From assembly GCA_963718915.1 (NCBI GenBank), contig CAVRAI010000013.1, positions 270,001 through 302,000 of the forward strand: a stretch of 32,000 nt of DNA, written 5' to 3'. This document shows, piece by piece, positions 8,333 through 16,271 of this stretch (its first letter is position 1; each line of letters starts with the position of its first letter). The notes beneath the pieces are model-generated. The model saw only the letters and a list, made by a program, of their open reading frames with translations, had not been told where the DNA came from and made no database searches. The stretch is from an uncultured Chloroflexia bacterium. Lineage in GTDB: Bacteria; Chloroflexota; Ktedonobacteria; Ktedonobacterales; JADMIN01. Both the position numbers and the translations under genes were made by a program.

Positions 8333-8947
8333 TTAATGGCTTTCGATGGCGGGGGCTGTGATAACACCCCATCCACCGCGCAGATATTCAATGGCGGAGA
8401 AGATCGTCCAGATGACCGCCAACAACAATACGATATTGGAGAGTACCAGCAAATAGTCCGCGAAGCTATCGGGCACCCCGCCAGTGCTCAGGCCCAACGG
8501 AAAAGCAGTCTGGCCGCCCAGTCCGGTCGCCAGCAGGATACCCCCTATTGCGAGCAGCGTGAGCAGCGTCTTCTGCTTGCCCCAGCGCCCCGCCGGGATC
8601 ACCACCCCACGCGCTGCCGCGAGCGAACGCAGCCCCGACACCAGAAACTCCCGCGCGACAATCACTATCACGATCCACGCGGGGACGAAGCCCACCTGCA
8701 CCAGCGCAATCAGCGCCGCCGTGACGAACACTTTGTCCGCCGTCAGATCGAGGAAGACGCCCAGATTCGAGACGAGATGGTAACGTCGTGCCAGACGACC
8801 GTCTATCGTATCAGTCACGGCGCCAGCCGCAAAAAGCACTGTGGCAAGTAACAACGCCCACGGCGTCTTGATCAGAATCAGGATGACCAGCGGAATGGTT
8901 ATCGCCAGCCGTGCGGCGCTGAGGATATTGGGCAGATTGCGCACCAT
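8333..8947 (-). CDS. pgsA: CDP-diacylglycerol--glycerol-3-phosphate 3-phosphatidyltransferase (CDP-alcohol phosphatidyltransferase family)
   Basis: Exact CDP-alcohol phosphatidyltransferase motif D-x2-DG-x2-AR-x8-G-x3-D-x3-D within DTIDGRLARRYHLVSNLGVFLDLTADK. The protein is 204 aa and polytopic. Confidence 0.8.
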   Translation of the reverse strand: MVRNLPNILSAARLAITIPLVILILIKTPWALLLATVLFAAGAVTDTIDGRLARRYHLVSNLGVFLDLTADKVFVTAALIALVQVGFVPAWIVIVIVAREFLVSGLRSLAAARGVVIPAGRWGKQKTLLTLLAIGGILLATGLGGQTAFPLGLSTGGVPDSFADYLLVLSNIVLLLAVIWTIFSAIEYLRGGWGVITAPAIESH

Positions 8948-9121
8948 ATTCTCCGAATTTCTCTAAGCCAGCGTTTCACGCTCTCGACAGCGTCGAATGT
9001 GTGCGGCGTCTTCATGGAGTGTAAGCGATGGGCGGAAGGCATAGCAAGTGGCGCACGGCTGAATGCGTGTACATGATGACCGCTTGCGAGTTGTATCCTT
9101 CTTTCAGGTATAGTAGGTCTT

Positions 9122-9868
9122 ATGATGGCTCTTCCTGATGCACTCGATTTCACCATACTCGCTGAGGATGACGACATCCTGGCAGTAGCAAAGCCTGCCG
9201 GGCTTGTCGTGCATCCAGCGTATCGGCATCCCGATGGCACGCTCACCGATGCCGTCTTTGCCTACGCCGACCGTTGTGGCGCGCCGCGACCGTGGCTGCT
9301 GCACCGGCTGGACCGCGAGACGTCTGGCGTCGTACTCTTCGCGCGCACGGAACTGGCGCGGCGGGCGCTGGTACAGCAATTTCAACAGCGGCGGATCGTC
9401 AAGCGCTATCTGGCGATCATCGTCGGAGGTCTTGCGACCATCGGCGGCGAGATCGACGCGCCTCTCTGCCGCGACCCACTCGACCGTCGGCGCGTGATCG
9501 TCTCGCCAGCGGGCAAGCCAGCACGCACGCGCTTTCAGATGCTCGCGGCCAGGAACGACTTTTCACTGGCGCTTGCCGAACCATTGACCGGACGCACGCA
9601 TCAGATCCGCGCGCATCTGGCGTTCCAAGGCGCGCCGCTGGCCGGTGACCTGACCTACGGTGGGGTGACCGAGGCGACGCGGGCGGCTGGCATCGAACGC
9701 GCGCAGTTGCACGCCTGGGAGCTGGTTTTTCACCATCCAGCGACCGGCGCCAGCACGACAATACGCGCGCCGGTTCCAGCAGACATGCTCGCCGCATGCG
9801 CTACATTTGGACTAGATCATGGCGTACTGCTAGACTCTTCGCGGACTTCACGCGATGAAAACGCCTGA
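9122..9868 (+). CDS. RluA-family pseudouridine synthase (no S4 domain)
   Basis: Has PAGLVVHP, the catalytic-Asp block HRLDRETSGVVLFART, and GRTHQIRAHLA. Confidence 0.85.
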   Translation: MMALPDALDFTILAEDDDILAVAKPAGLVVHPAYRHPDGTLTDAVFAYADRCGAPRPWLLHRLDRETSGVVLFARTELARRALVQQFQQRRIVKRYLAIIVGGLATIGGEIDAPLCRDPLDRRRVIVSPAGKPARTRFQMLAARNDFSLALAEPLTGRTHQIRAHLAFQGAPLAGDLTYGGVTEATRAAGIERAQLHAWELVFHHPATGASTTIRAPVPADMLAACATFGLDHGVLLDSSRTSRDENA

Positions 9869-9893
9869 TAACGACACGCGCTAAGGGGGAAAC

Positions 9894-10700
9894 ATGGAAC
9901 TCACATCACTCGACCAGGTCAACCAGCAATATCGTCAGGTCTACTTCCAACCGCATTTCGACGATGCCGTGCTTTCGTGTGGCGGCTCGATTGGCCTGCA
10001 AACGGCAACTGGCAACCGCGTTCTGGTGGTGACCGTCTTCGGCGGCATCCCAGCGGAAAACGTGCGCATCAGTGCGTTTGCCTCGCAGTCACTCCAGAAA
10101 ATGGGGTTGTCCACCAATCCAGCCGAGGCGGTGCGCCAACGGCGCGCGGAGGATCAGGCGGCGGTCGGCTCGCTTAGCGCTGATGTACTCCGCCTCGAAT
10201 ACCTCGATGCCATCTTCCGCGGCGACCCAGCCTACTATCAGGGCGACGACGCGCTCTTCGGCAGTGTCAATCCCGCCGACCTCTCGCTGGACGAAGAATT
10301 GGCGGGCGTCTTCCTCGCCATCTACGAACGCGCCCCACTCGCCGCGCTCTATGCGCCCCTGGGTGTCGGCCATCACGTGGATCACCAGCTCTGCTGCTCA
10401 GCGGCGGATCGACTGGCGCAGCGGAAGTTGAACGTCAAGTTCTATGAAGATTTCCCGTATGTGGCGAATGGCGGCGCACTCGCCGCCCGTCAGAGCGAAC
10501 TGAACATTACCATGGAGGCTGAGATGGTCGAGGTTTCCGGCACAGTTCGCCAGAAAGAAGAGGCCATCGCGCTCTACCGCAGCCAGGTACCAAGCCTGTT
10601 TGGGTCAGAAGAAACGATGATCAAGACGATCAACAGTTATAGCGGCTCCATGCGCAAAGCACAGCCCGGCATCATGATCGAGCGCTTCTGGCGTTGGTAG
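9894..10700 (+). CDS. PIG-L/LmbE-family N-acetylglucosaminyl deacetylase
   Basis: Has FQPHFDDAVLSCGGS, the PIG-L P-H-x-D-D...GG motif. A downstream block GVGHHVDHQ provides the H-x-D-H zinc ligands. SD AAGGGGGA lies before ATG 9894, 25 nt after the previous gene. Confidence 0.75.
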   Translation: MELTSLDQVNQQYRQVYFQPHFDDAVLSCGGSIGLQTATGNRVLVVTVFGGIPAENVRISAFASQSLQKMGLSTNPAEAVRQRRAEDQAAVGSLSADVLRLEYLDAIFRGDPAYYQGDDALFGSVNPADLSLDEELAGVFLAIYERAPLAALYAPLGVGHHVDHQLCCSAADRLAQRKLNVKFYEDFPYVANGGALAARQSELNITMEAEMVEVSGTVRQKEEAIALYRSQVPSLFGSEETMIKTINSYSGSMRKAQPGIMIERFWRW

Positions 10701-10718
10701 CCGATATAGGAGCAGGCG

Positions 10719-12258
10719 ATGAAAGTCGTCACTGTCGCGGAAATGGTCGCGGTCGAGCAACGAGCCGAGCATGAATACGGGCTGGCTTCACCAACACTTA
10801 TGGAGCATGCCGGGCATAGTGTCGCCGAGGCAATCCAGGCACGGCTTGAGGGTGATGTCAACGGTGTCAGCGTGCTCGTACTCGCCGGACCCGGCAATAA
10901 CGGGGGCGATGGGCGGGTCGCGGCGCGCTATCTTGGCGAATGGGGCGCGCGCATCACCATCTATGACTGGAAGAGCGGCCAGCTCGAAGCCAACGGGCGT
11001 ACCGGCTCGCTGGGCGATGACCTTGCCGGGCTACACGATGTAATTGAGCAAGCGGATATCGTGCTGGACGCCTTGCTCGGCACCGGACACGCGCGGCCAC
11101 TTGCGCCGACGATGGCGGAGGCGTGCGCGCTGGTGGCTCACGAACGTGCACGACGGCCTGATCTCTATGTCGTCGCGGTTGACCTCCCAAGCGGACTCAA
11201 CGCTGATACAGGCGCGGTGGATCCAGGTACGCTGGCCGCCAACCTCACGGTGACGCTGGCCTATCCGAAAGTTGGCCTGCTGCTCTTCCCCGGCGCATCC
11301 TACATCGGCGAGCTACAAGTCGGCAACATCGGCCTGCCCGCCACCATGCCCATCGCTGCCGGACTAGAGATGCTCGACGACGAGATGATTGGCCCAACTG
11401 TGCCGAAACGGCCGCTGGATAGCAACAAGGGCACGTTTGGCAAGGCGCTAGCGCTGGCTGGCTCACCAAACTATATCGGCGCGGCCTATCTCGTCTCTGG
11501 GGCGGCTGCGCGTATCGGCGCGGGACTGGTGACGCTGGCGACGCTGCCGGAACTGGCGCCGTTCTACGCCACCATGTTGCCGGAAATCACCTACACGCTG
11601 CTGCCACCCGAAAGCGCCACCCCAGAAGCACGCGCGCAGGCTATCCTCGATCAGCTGGATAGCTATCGCGCGCTGGTGGTCGGGCCGGGGCTGGGGCAAT
11701 CGCAGGCGACTGCCGCGCTGCTCGAACGCCTCTTCGCGGGGCTATCCGCGCTCGTGCCTGAGCAGCGTCCTCATCTGGTGGTGGACGCCGATGGCCTGAA
11801 CAATCTGGCGAAGCTTGACCACTGGTGGCTTCGACTACCGCCAGGCGCTATTCTGACGCCCCACCCAGGCGAGATGGCACGGTTGCGCGGCGGGAGATCG
11901 GTATCAGGTGGCGGCCCTGATCGGCTGACCGTCGTACGGGAGGCGGCCCGCGAATGGGGGCATATCATCGTGCTGAAAGGAGCCTGTACCCTGATTGCGT
12001 CGCCCGCAGGCGTTCTACGCATCAATGGTGCGCCCAACCCGGCTCTGGCCTCCGCTGGTACTGGCGACGTGCTGGCAGGAACCACGGCGGGACTGCTGGC
12101 GCAAGGGATGGACGCCATACGATGCCGCTTGCGCCGCCGTCTATCTTCATGCGCTCGCGGGGCGCCGAATTAGCGCGCACCTTGGCGACGCAGGGCTGCT
12201 GGCAGGCGATTTACTGGCCGAGTTGCCACTCGCCCGTCAGGATGTGCAGCACAGATGA
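10719..12258 (+). pseudogene. nnr: Bifunctional NAD(P)H-hydrate repair enzyme Nnr (YjeF_N epimerase plus ADP-dependent dehydratase), with the frame disrupted near 12108-12115
   Basis: ORF 10719..12173 carries GPGNNGGDG (YjeF_N) and SAGTGDVLAG (carbohydrate-kinase-like C-domain). It ends in an Arg/Cys-rich junk tail, ...LLAQGMDAIRCRLRRRLSSCARGAPN. The expected C-terminus PYDAACAAVYLHALAG...LLAGDLLAELP is encoded in the +1 frame (ORF 11995..12258). Confidence 0.8.
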
Positions 12259-12354
12259 TAGGCGGATAGGCATAGGCCGCGCTGCGCGCTCGGCGTCGGA
12301 GCCATTGAAATCACCACTTACCGCCTATCAGTACTATATGGCGCAGGTTCTCTG

Positions 12355-12384
12355 TTCAACGATGTATGGGGATAGTGCTATACT
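12355..12384 (+). promoter_or_regulatory. Candidate promoter upstream of the FHA gene (TTCAAC-18 nt-TGcTATACT)
   Basis: Extended -10 gTGcTATACTgg at 12375-12386 with -35 TTCAAC at 12355-12360. The string GTGnTATACTGG recurs upstream of rplS. Confidence 0.4.
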
Positions 12385-12464
12385 GGCTCCGTGACATCGC
12401 ATGTGTCGACAACAGTGTCGAGGGGAATGAGCAGCGTTGACAAGGTACTGCGCTGGAGGGCGCG

Positions 12465-13379
12465 ATGGCCTATCTGGAAATTCGCATCGGGCAGGAGGTT
12501 CGCCGCATCTCGCTTGACCGCGACCACCTGCGGATAGGACGACTGGCGGACAACGACATCGTGCTGCGCGACGCGCAAATCTCGCGTCAGCATGCGGAGA
12601 TCCGTTTCGCAGCAGGCGAATGGCGCATTCTGGACCTAGGGAGCACCAATGGCCTCCATGTGAAGGGCAAGCGCGTGCGCGAGCACCGCCTTGGCAGCAG
12701 TGACGTACTTCTGCTGGCGCCGGGCGTCACCCTCTCGTTGCACGAAGGCGTCGCGCCACCAGATGCAATCTCGACGGTCGCGAGCGCCGCACAGTCGACC
12801 CATCTGCCTCAATCAGCCGTTGCCCCGGCTGAGCCGCCCGCTGAACCGTCCGCATTCGATATGCTGCACCCACGCTCGCCATTCGCCGACGATGAGCAGA
12901 TCTACATTCCACCAGGCATGGGTGTGCCCGCGCCGCCTACTCATTACAATAAGCCGTATACGCCTGGCGCATATGGGGGTTCGCCAGAGGCTGGCGGATA
13001 TTCACACTTTTCTGAGCAGTCGGCAAACACGACGTCGTCACAGTTTGATACGATTCCCGCCGGTGGATATCCCGCGCCTGTTGGCCCATTGACAAGCGGA
13101 AGCGACGGGCACGATCCATTCCGGCGCAGCAGCGTTAACGCAAACTCCGAGGCTTACCGCGCAACGGCTGGCCCAACCAGTACACTGTTACATGTCTGTC
13201 AGACTTGCGGGCAACTGACGGCGCCTGACTCCGTCTATTGTCAGAGTTGCCATCATTCCGTTGCGCGTGAGTGTCCGAATTGCCGACTGAGTCTCTTACC
13301 GATTCAGGATCGTTGTCCGCGCTGCCAGTCGCCGAACCCTGGGTCTGTACGCCGAGCGCATCGAGCGGCAGGCGCATAG
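12465..13379 (+). CDS. FHA-domain protein with a Pro/Gly-rich linker and a C-terminal double zinc ribbon
   Basis: The N-terminus LRIGRLADNDIVLRDAQISRQHAEIRFAAGEWRILDLGSTNGLHVKGKRV carries the canonical FHA G-R, S-R-x-H and N-G blocks. The low-complexity middle includes PPGMGVPAPPTHYNKPYTPGAYGGSPEAGGY. Four CxxC pairs (CQTC, CQSC, CPNC, CPRC) lie at nt 13197-13325. SD GGAGGG lies 7 nt before the ATG. Confidence 0.85.
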   Translation: MAYLEIRIGQEVRRISLDRDHLRIGRLADNDIVLRDAQISRQHAEIRFAAGEWRILDLGSTNGLHVKGKRVREHRLGSSDVLLLAPGVTLSLHEGVAPPDAISTVASAAQSTHLPQSAVAPAEPPAEPSAFDMLHPRSPFADDEQIYIPPGMGVPAPPTHYNKPYTPGAYGGSPEAGGYSHFSEQSANTTSSQFDTIPAGGYPAPVGPLTSGSDGHDPFRRSSVNANSEAYRATAGPTSTLLHVCQTCGQLTAPDSVYCQSCHHSVARECPNCRLSLLPIQDRCPRCQSPNPGSVRRAHRAAGA

Positions 13380-13393
13380 GCTGCATTTCCCGC

Positions 13394-13423
13394 TTGACGC
13401 GATAGTATACGAGCAGGCACAAT
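13394..13423 (+). promoter_or_regulatory. Candidate promoter for the acidic-protein gene (TTGACG-18 nt-CACAAT)
   Basis: Consensus-like hexamers at 13394-13399 and 13418-13423, just after the FHA stop and about 95 nt before ATG 13521. Confidence 0.3.
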
Positions 13424-13520
13424 ACCGCAGGTACGGACATTTCAAACGCCCCATGTCATTCGAGCGTTTCCGTCCGTTTTCACTGACAACCCGCTGATAA
13501 CCCAGAGGAGGCTGTGTAGC

Positions 13521-13751
13521 ATGCTGTCCACCGACGATGTGACGCTAATCTCATCCGACGTTGCCGCATCCGCATATCTGTTCGCCGGTCCCGACGACGA
13601 TGAGAATCTCGATGATGATTTCGACGACGACATGGATGATGACGACCTCGACGACGAATGGGACGATGAGCTCGATGACGAAGATGAAGAAGACGAAATC
13701 GAGTGGGATGAAGAGGAACTGAGCGATCTAGATGAAGAAGAAATGGAGTAG
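13521..13751 (+). CDS. Small polyanionic protein (76 aa; 42 Asp/Glu; no Lys/Arg/His)
   Basis: SD GAGGAGG (13506-13512) lies 8 nt before ATG 13521. The translation is MLSTDDVTLISSDVAASAYLFAGPDDDENLDDDFDDDMDDDDLDDEWDDELDDEDEEDEIEWDEEELSDLDEEEME. It is followed by a terminator-like hairpin. The overlapping minus-strand ORFs are Ser/Arg low-complexity mirror images. Confidence 0.6.
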   Translation: MLSTDDVTLISSDVAASAYLFAGPDDDENLDDDFDDDMDDDDLDDEWDDELDDEDEEDEIEWDEEELSDLDEEEME

Positions 13752-13823
13752 CACGCGCCGGACTGTCGTTATGCGGCACTATCGGGCCGTACGCCTGCAT
13801 TTCTGAACCGAGGATGCGATGAT

Positions 13824-13871
13824 CGCCTCACCTATCCGGTTTCACCCGGCCGGGTGAGGCGCTTTGTGTTT
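13824..13871 (+). terminator. Candidate rho-independent terminator after the acidic-protein gene
   Basis: A 9-bp stem pairs cgcctcacc (13824-13832) with ggtgaggcg (13853-13861). The 20-nt loop contains self-complementary ccgg elements. It is followed by cTTTgTgTTT. Confidence 0.45.
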
Positions 13872-13894
13872 GAGCGCGCCTGCTCGCTGGGTGA

Positions 13895-13924
13895 TTGACG
13901 AACGCCCTCAGCAGTGGGCATACT
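13895..13924 (+). promoter_or_regulatory. Candidate promoter for the SWIM-protein operon (TTGACG-18 nt-CATACT)
   Basis: Hexamers at 13895-13900 and 13919-13924, about 68 nt upstream of ATG 13992 and just downstream of the terminator-like hairpin. Confidence 0.35.
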
Positions 13925-13991
13925 CGACAGCGACAGAACTGAGCAAGGCGTTGAGGAGTGCTTAGAGACGCCGTAGAGAGAGACCGTACGC

Positions 13992-16247
13992 ATGGCGACA
14001 TCCGAGCAGAGTCCGTCGGCGGCATTGTTGCGACTGCGCGCCGCCGACGTCGTTCGTGTCTGCGGGCTGAACGCCGCTGCGGTCGGACTGGAACTGGCGT
14101 CGAATTACTGTGTCGTGGCCAGTCGCCGCGAAGGCAGTCGTTTGCTGGCCACAGTGATGGCCGGAGCGCCACGCACGGTGTGGGTTGAGGTCACCGATGG
14201 CGTTGAGGCGATGGAGTGGGTGTGTGACTGCGCTCACACGGGGCCACTGGCCTGTGAGCATATCGCCGCGACGCTCTCCGCGTGGATAGCGCACCCATCT
14301 GACTTCCTGGTCAAGGATTCTGAGAACGTTTCTGACGCAGCGCCCGAACCGCCTGCTGAGCGCACGTCCTCGCCTCAGAGTGTTTCCGATAGCGCCACTC
14401 TCGCCATGCCAGGCGTGACAGCTTATAGCGTCGAATCGCTGACTCTCGCCGACGCGCTAGCACGGATGAACGACGCCGATGTGGAAGCGATAGCACGTCG
14501 CATCATCGGGCCAGAAACACCAGGCGATACGGTAAACATCTATCGCACGATTGTTGCAGCGCTTGGCGACCCAGGGCGTCTGCAAGCGCTGCTCAAGCGC
14601 CTCGAACATCCCGCGCGGATACTGCTCACGTTAATAGACCTTGCGGGCGGAGCCATCACTACAGCAGATCTTGAGGGGCTGGCAATCCGTATCGGGCGGC
14701 CATTGAGCGCGGTGCAGAGCGATATCGCAGTTCTGGAGCGGCATGCGCTCGTGCTTCCTAAGTTGCCATCGAGCGCTCCGAGCCACCATGGGCCGGGGGC
14801 AACGTGGCGTCACGTCGCAGGCTGGCGCATAGCCGACGAGGTGCGACAAGCGCACGCACTGTCACTGCCGCTTGAGGCACTGCCCACCCAACGTGAGACG
14901 CGCCTCGCGCCGCCACTCGCCGACCCATCCGGCGCTCCCCCCCATGTTGCGCGTTGTACGCCACGTGCGCTTTGCCTGGCGCTGGCGCTGCTTGCTCATG
15001 CTCCACCCCCGCTCGGTCTACCGCGTGAAATAGCCGCTGTGGACAACGACGCCAGGCCTGTCCTCCAGGGCGCTAGCCCGCTCGCTCCCGGAGAGATTGT
15101 GCCCGGTCGGCTCAACGAACTCGCCCGCAATGCTGGTATCGACGTGGATGCGGTTCGAGTCGCCCGAAGGCTCTTACGCCAGGCGCGCGAGCAACATCCC
15201 GCGCCGCCGATTGCCGATCTGGCGCACGTGCCAGTAGCGGAGCGCCCGCTTGTCCTGCGCAACGCATTCCGGCGGTGGTTGCGTGCTGACTCCGTGGCCG
15301 AGTTGCTCGATCTCGAAGCGTCCACGGATCTTCATGTACGCTATGCGACGACACATCCAGCGTTTCGCCCGGCGGCGATTGCCAGTGAGGTAAGCAACGC
15401 GCGTCGATTTATAGCCCGCCTGCTCACTCAAACTCACCCGGACACCTGGTACTCACTTGAGGATTTTGTCACGCTGGTGTGGCAGATTCGCCCAGGGCTG
15501 CTACGCGGCCAGCAGCACACCTGGGCCACACCTGCCTGGTGGTTGGAGTCTGCCAACGAGAAGCGGACATTGCAGCCAACTGTACGCGACGACTGGATGG
15601 CAGCGGAAGGCGCATTCATCCTATCACTGCTTACCCGTACCTTCGCCGTATGGGGCGCGCTTGATCTGGCCGTGCGCGAGGATCGCTCGACGGTCGCCTT
15701 TCGCCTGACGTCATTCGGCGTGTTCTTGCTTCAGCGCGCCAATGATCCAGCGGATGCCTCGCTAGCGGCGTTATGCGACTCCGATTGGGGACCTCCGGTG
15801 TTGCCGCTTCGCGAGGGTGTGCTGGCGGTGCAGCCGCTGGCTGCTGGGATCACTCTGCTCGACGCGCTGGCTCTCTGGGCAAACCCAACGGCGGTGAACG
15901 GGAAGCGCCTCATCTATACACTTTCGTCTGACCGCGCTTGCGCCGCTTTCGATCAGCAACTCTCGCCCGCATCACTGATTGCCATGCTTCGTCCACTGCA
16001 TAGCCGGGCAGCCGAAAACATCGCCAGTCAGTTGACCCAGTGGCAGGCGGAGTGGGGACACACACGCATCACGACTGGATTCACCTTGCTGGAAGCGAAC
16101 GATGAGGCGACGCTGGTAGAGGCGCTGTCTGCCGCTCCTGATATCGCCGCGCGCTGCCGCCGCATCGGGCCGACGCTGGCGCTGGCGCATCCCAGCGATG
16201 CTGAGATCCTTCGCACGCTGCTCGCGCGGCGCGGCTTCACCGTGTAA
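13992..16247 (+). CDS. SWIM zinc-finger protein with a C-terminal XPB/Ssl2-N-terminal-like (helicase-associated, DRD-like) module; no ATPase motifs
   Basis: CxCx7CxH at aa 78-90 (WVCDCAHTGPLACEH, nt 14223-14261) follows the usual SWIM-family N-terminal region. The C-terminal ~145 aa (nt 15813-16244) are paralogous to the C-terminus of the next ORF and resemble the XPB N-terminal domain as I recall it. No GxxxxGK[ST] is present. Confidence 0.7.
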   Translation: MATSEQSPSAALLRLRAADVVRVCGLNAAAVGLELASNYCVVASRREGSRLLATVMAGAPRTVWVEVTDGVEAMEWVCDCAHTGPLACEHIAATLSAWIAHPSDFLVKDSENVSDAAPEPPAERTSSPQSVSDSATLAMPGVTAYSVESLTLADALARMNDADVEAIARRIIGPETPGDTVNIYRTIVAALGDPGRLQALLKRLEHPARILLTLIDLAGGAITTADLEGLAIRIGRPLSAVQSDIAVLERHALVLPKLPSSAPSHHGPGATWRHVAGWRIADEVRQAHALSLPLEALPTQRETRLAPPLADPSGAPPHVARCTPRALCLALALLAHAPPPLGLPREIAAVDNDARPVLQGASPLAPGEIVPGRLNELARNAGIDVDAVRVARRLLRQAREQHPAPPIADLAHVPVAERPLVLRNAFRRWLRADSVAELLDLEASTDLHVRYATTHPAFRPAAIASEVSNARRFIARLLTQTHPDTWYSLEDFVTLVWQIRPGLLRGQQHTWATPAWWLESANEKRTLQPTVRDDWMAAEGAFILSLLTRTFAVWGALDLAVREDRSTVAFRLTSFGVFLLQRANDPADASLAALCDSDWGPPVLPLREGVLAVQPLAAGITLLDALALWANPTAVNGKRLIYTLSSDRACAAFDQQLSPASLIAMLRPLHSRAAENIASQLTQWQAEWGHTRITTGFTLLEANDEATLVEALSAAPDIAARCRRIGPTLALAHPSDAEILRTLLARRGFTV

Positions 16248-16271
16248 TCAGGTGGCAGAAGAGAGGAAGCC

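Noticed and set aside
13442-13800. Minus-strand ORFs 13442..13633 and 13480..13800 (Ser-rich and Arg/His-rich) overlapping the acidic-protein gene.
   Set aside because: They are the complementary low-complexity reading of GAY/GAR repeats and have no SD. The plus-strand ORF has a strong SD and flanking promoter- and terminator-like signals.
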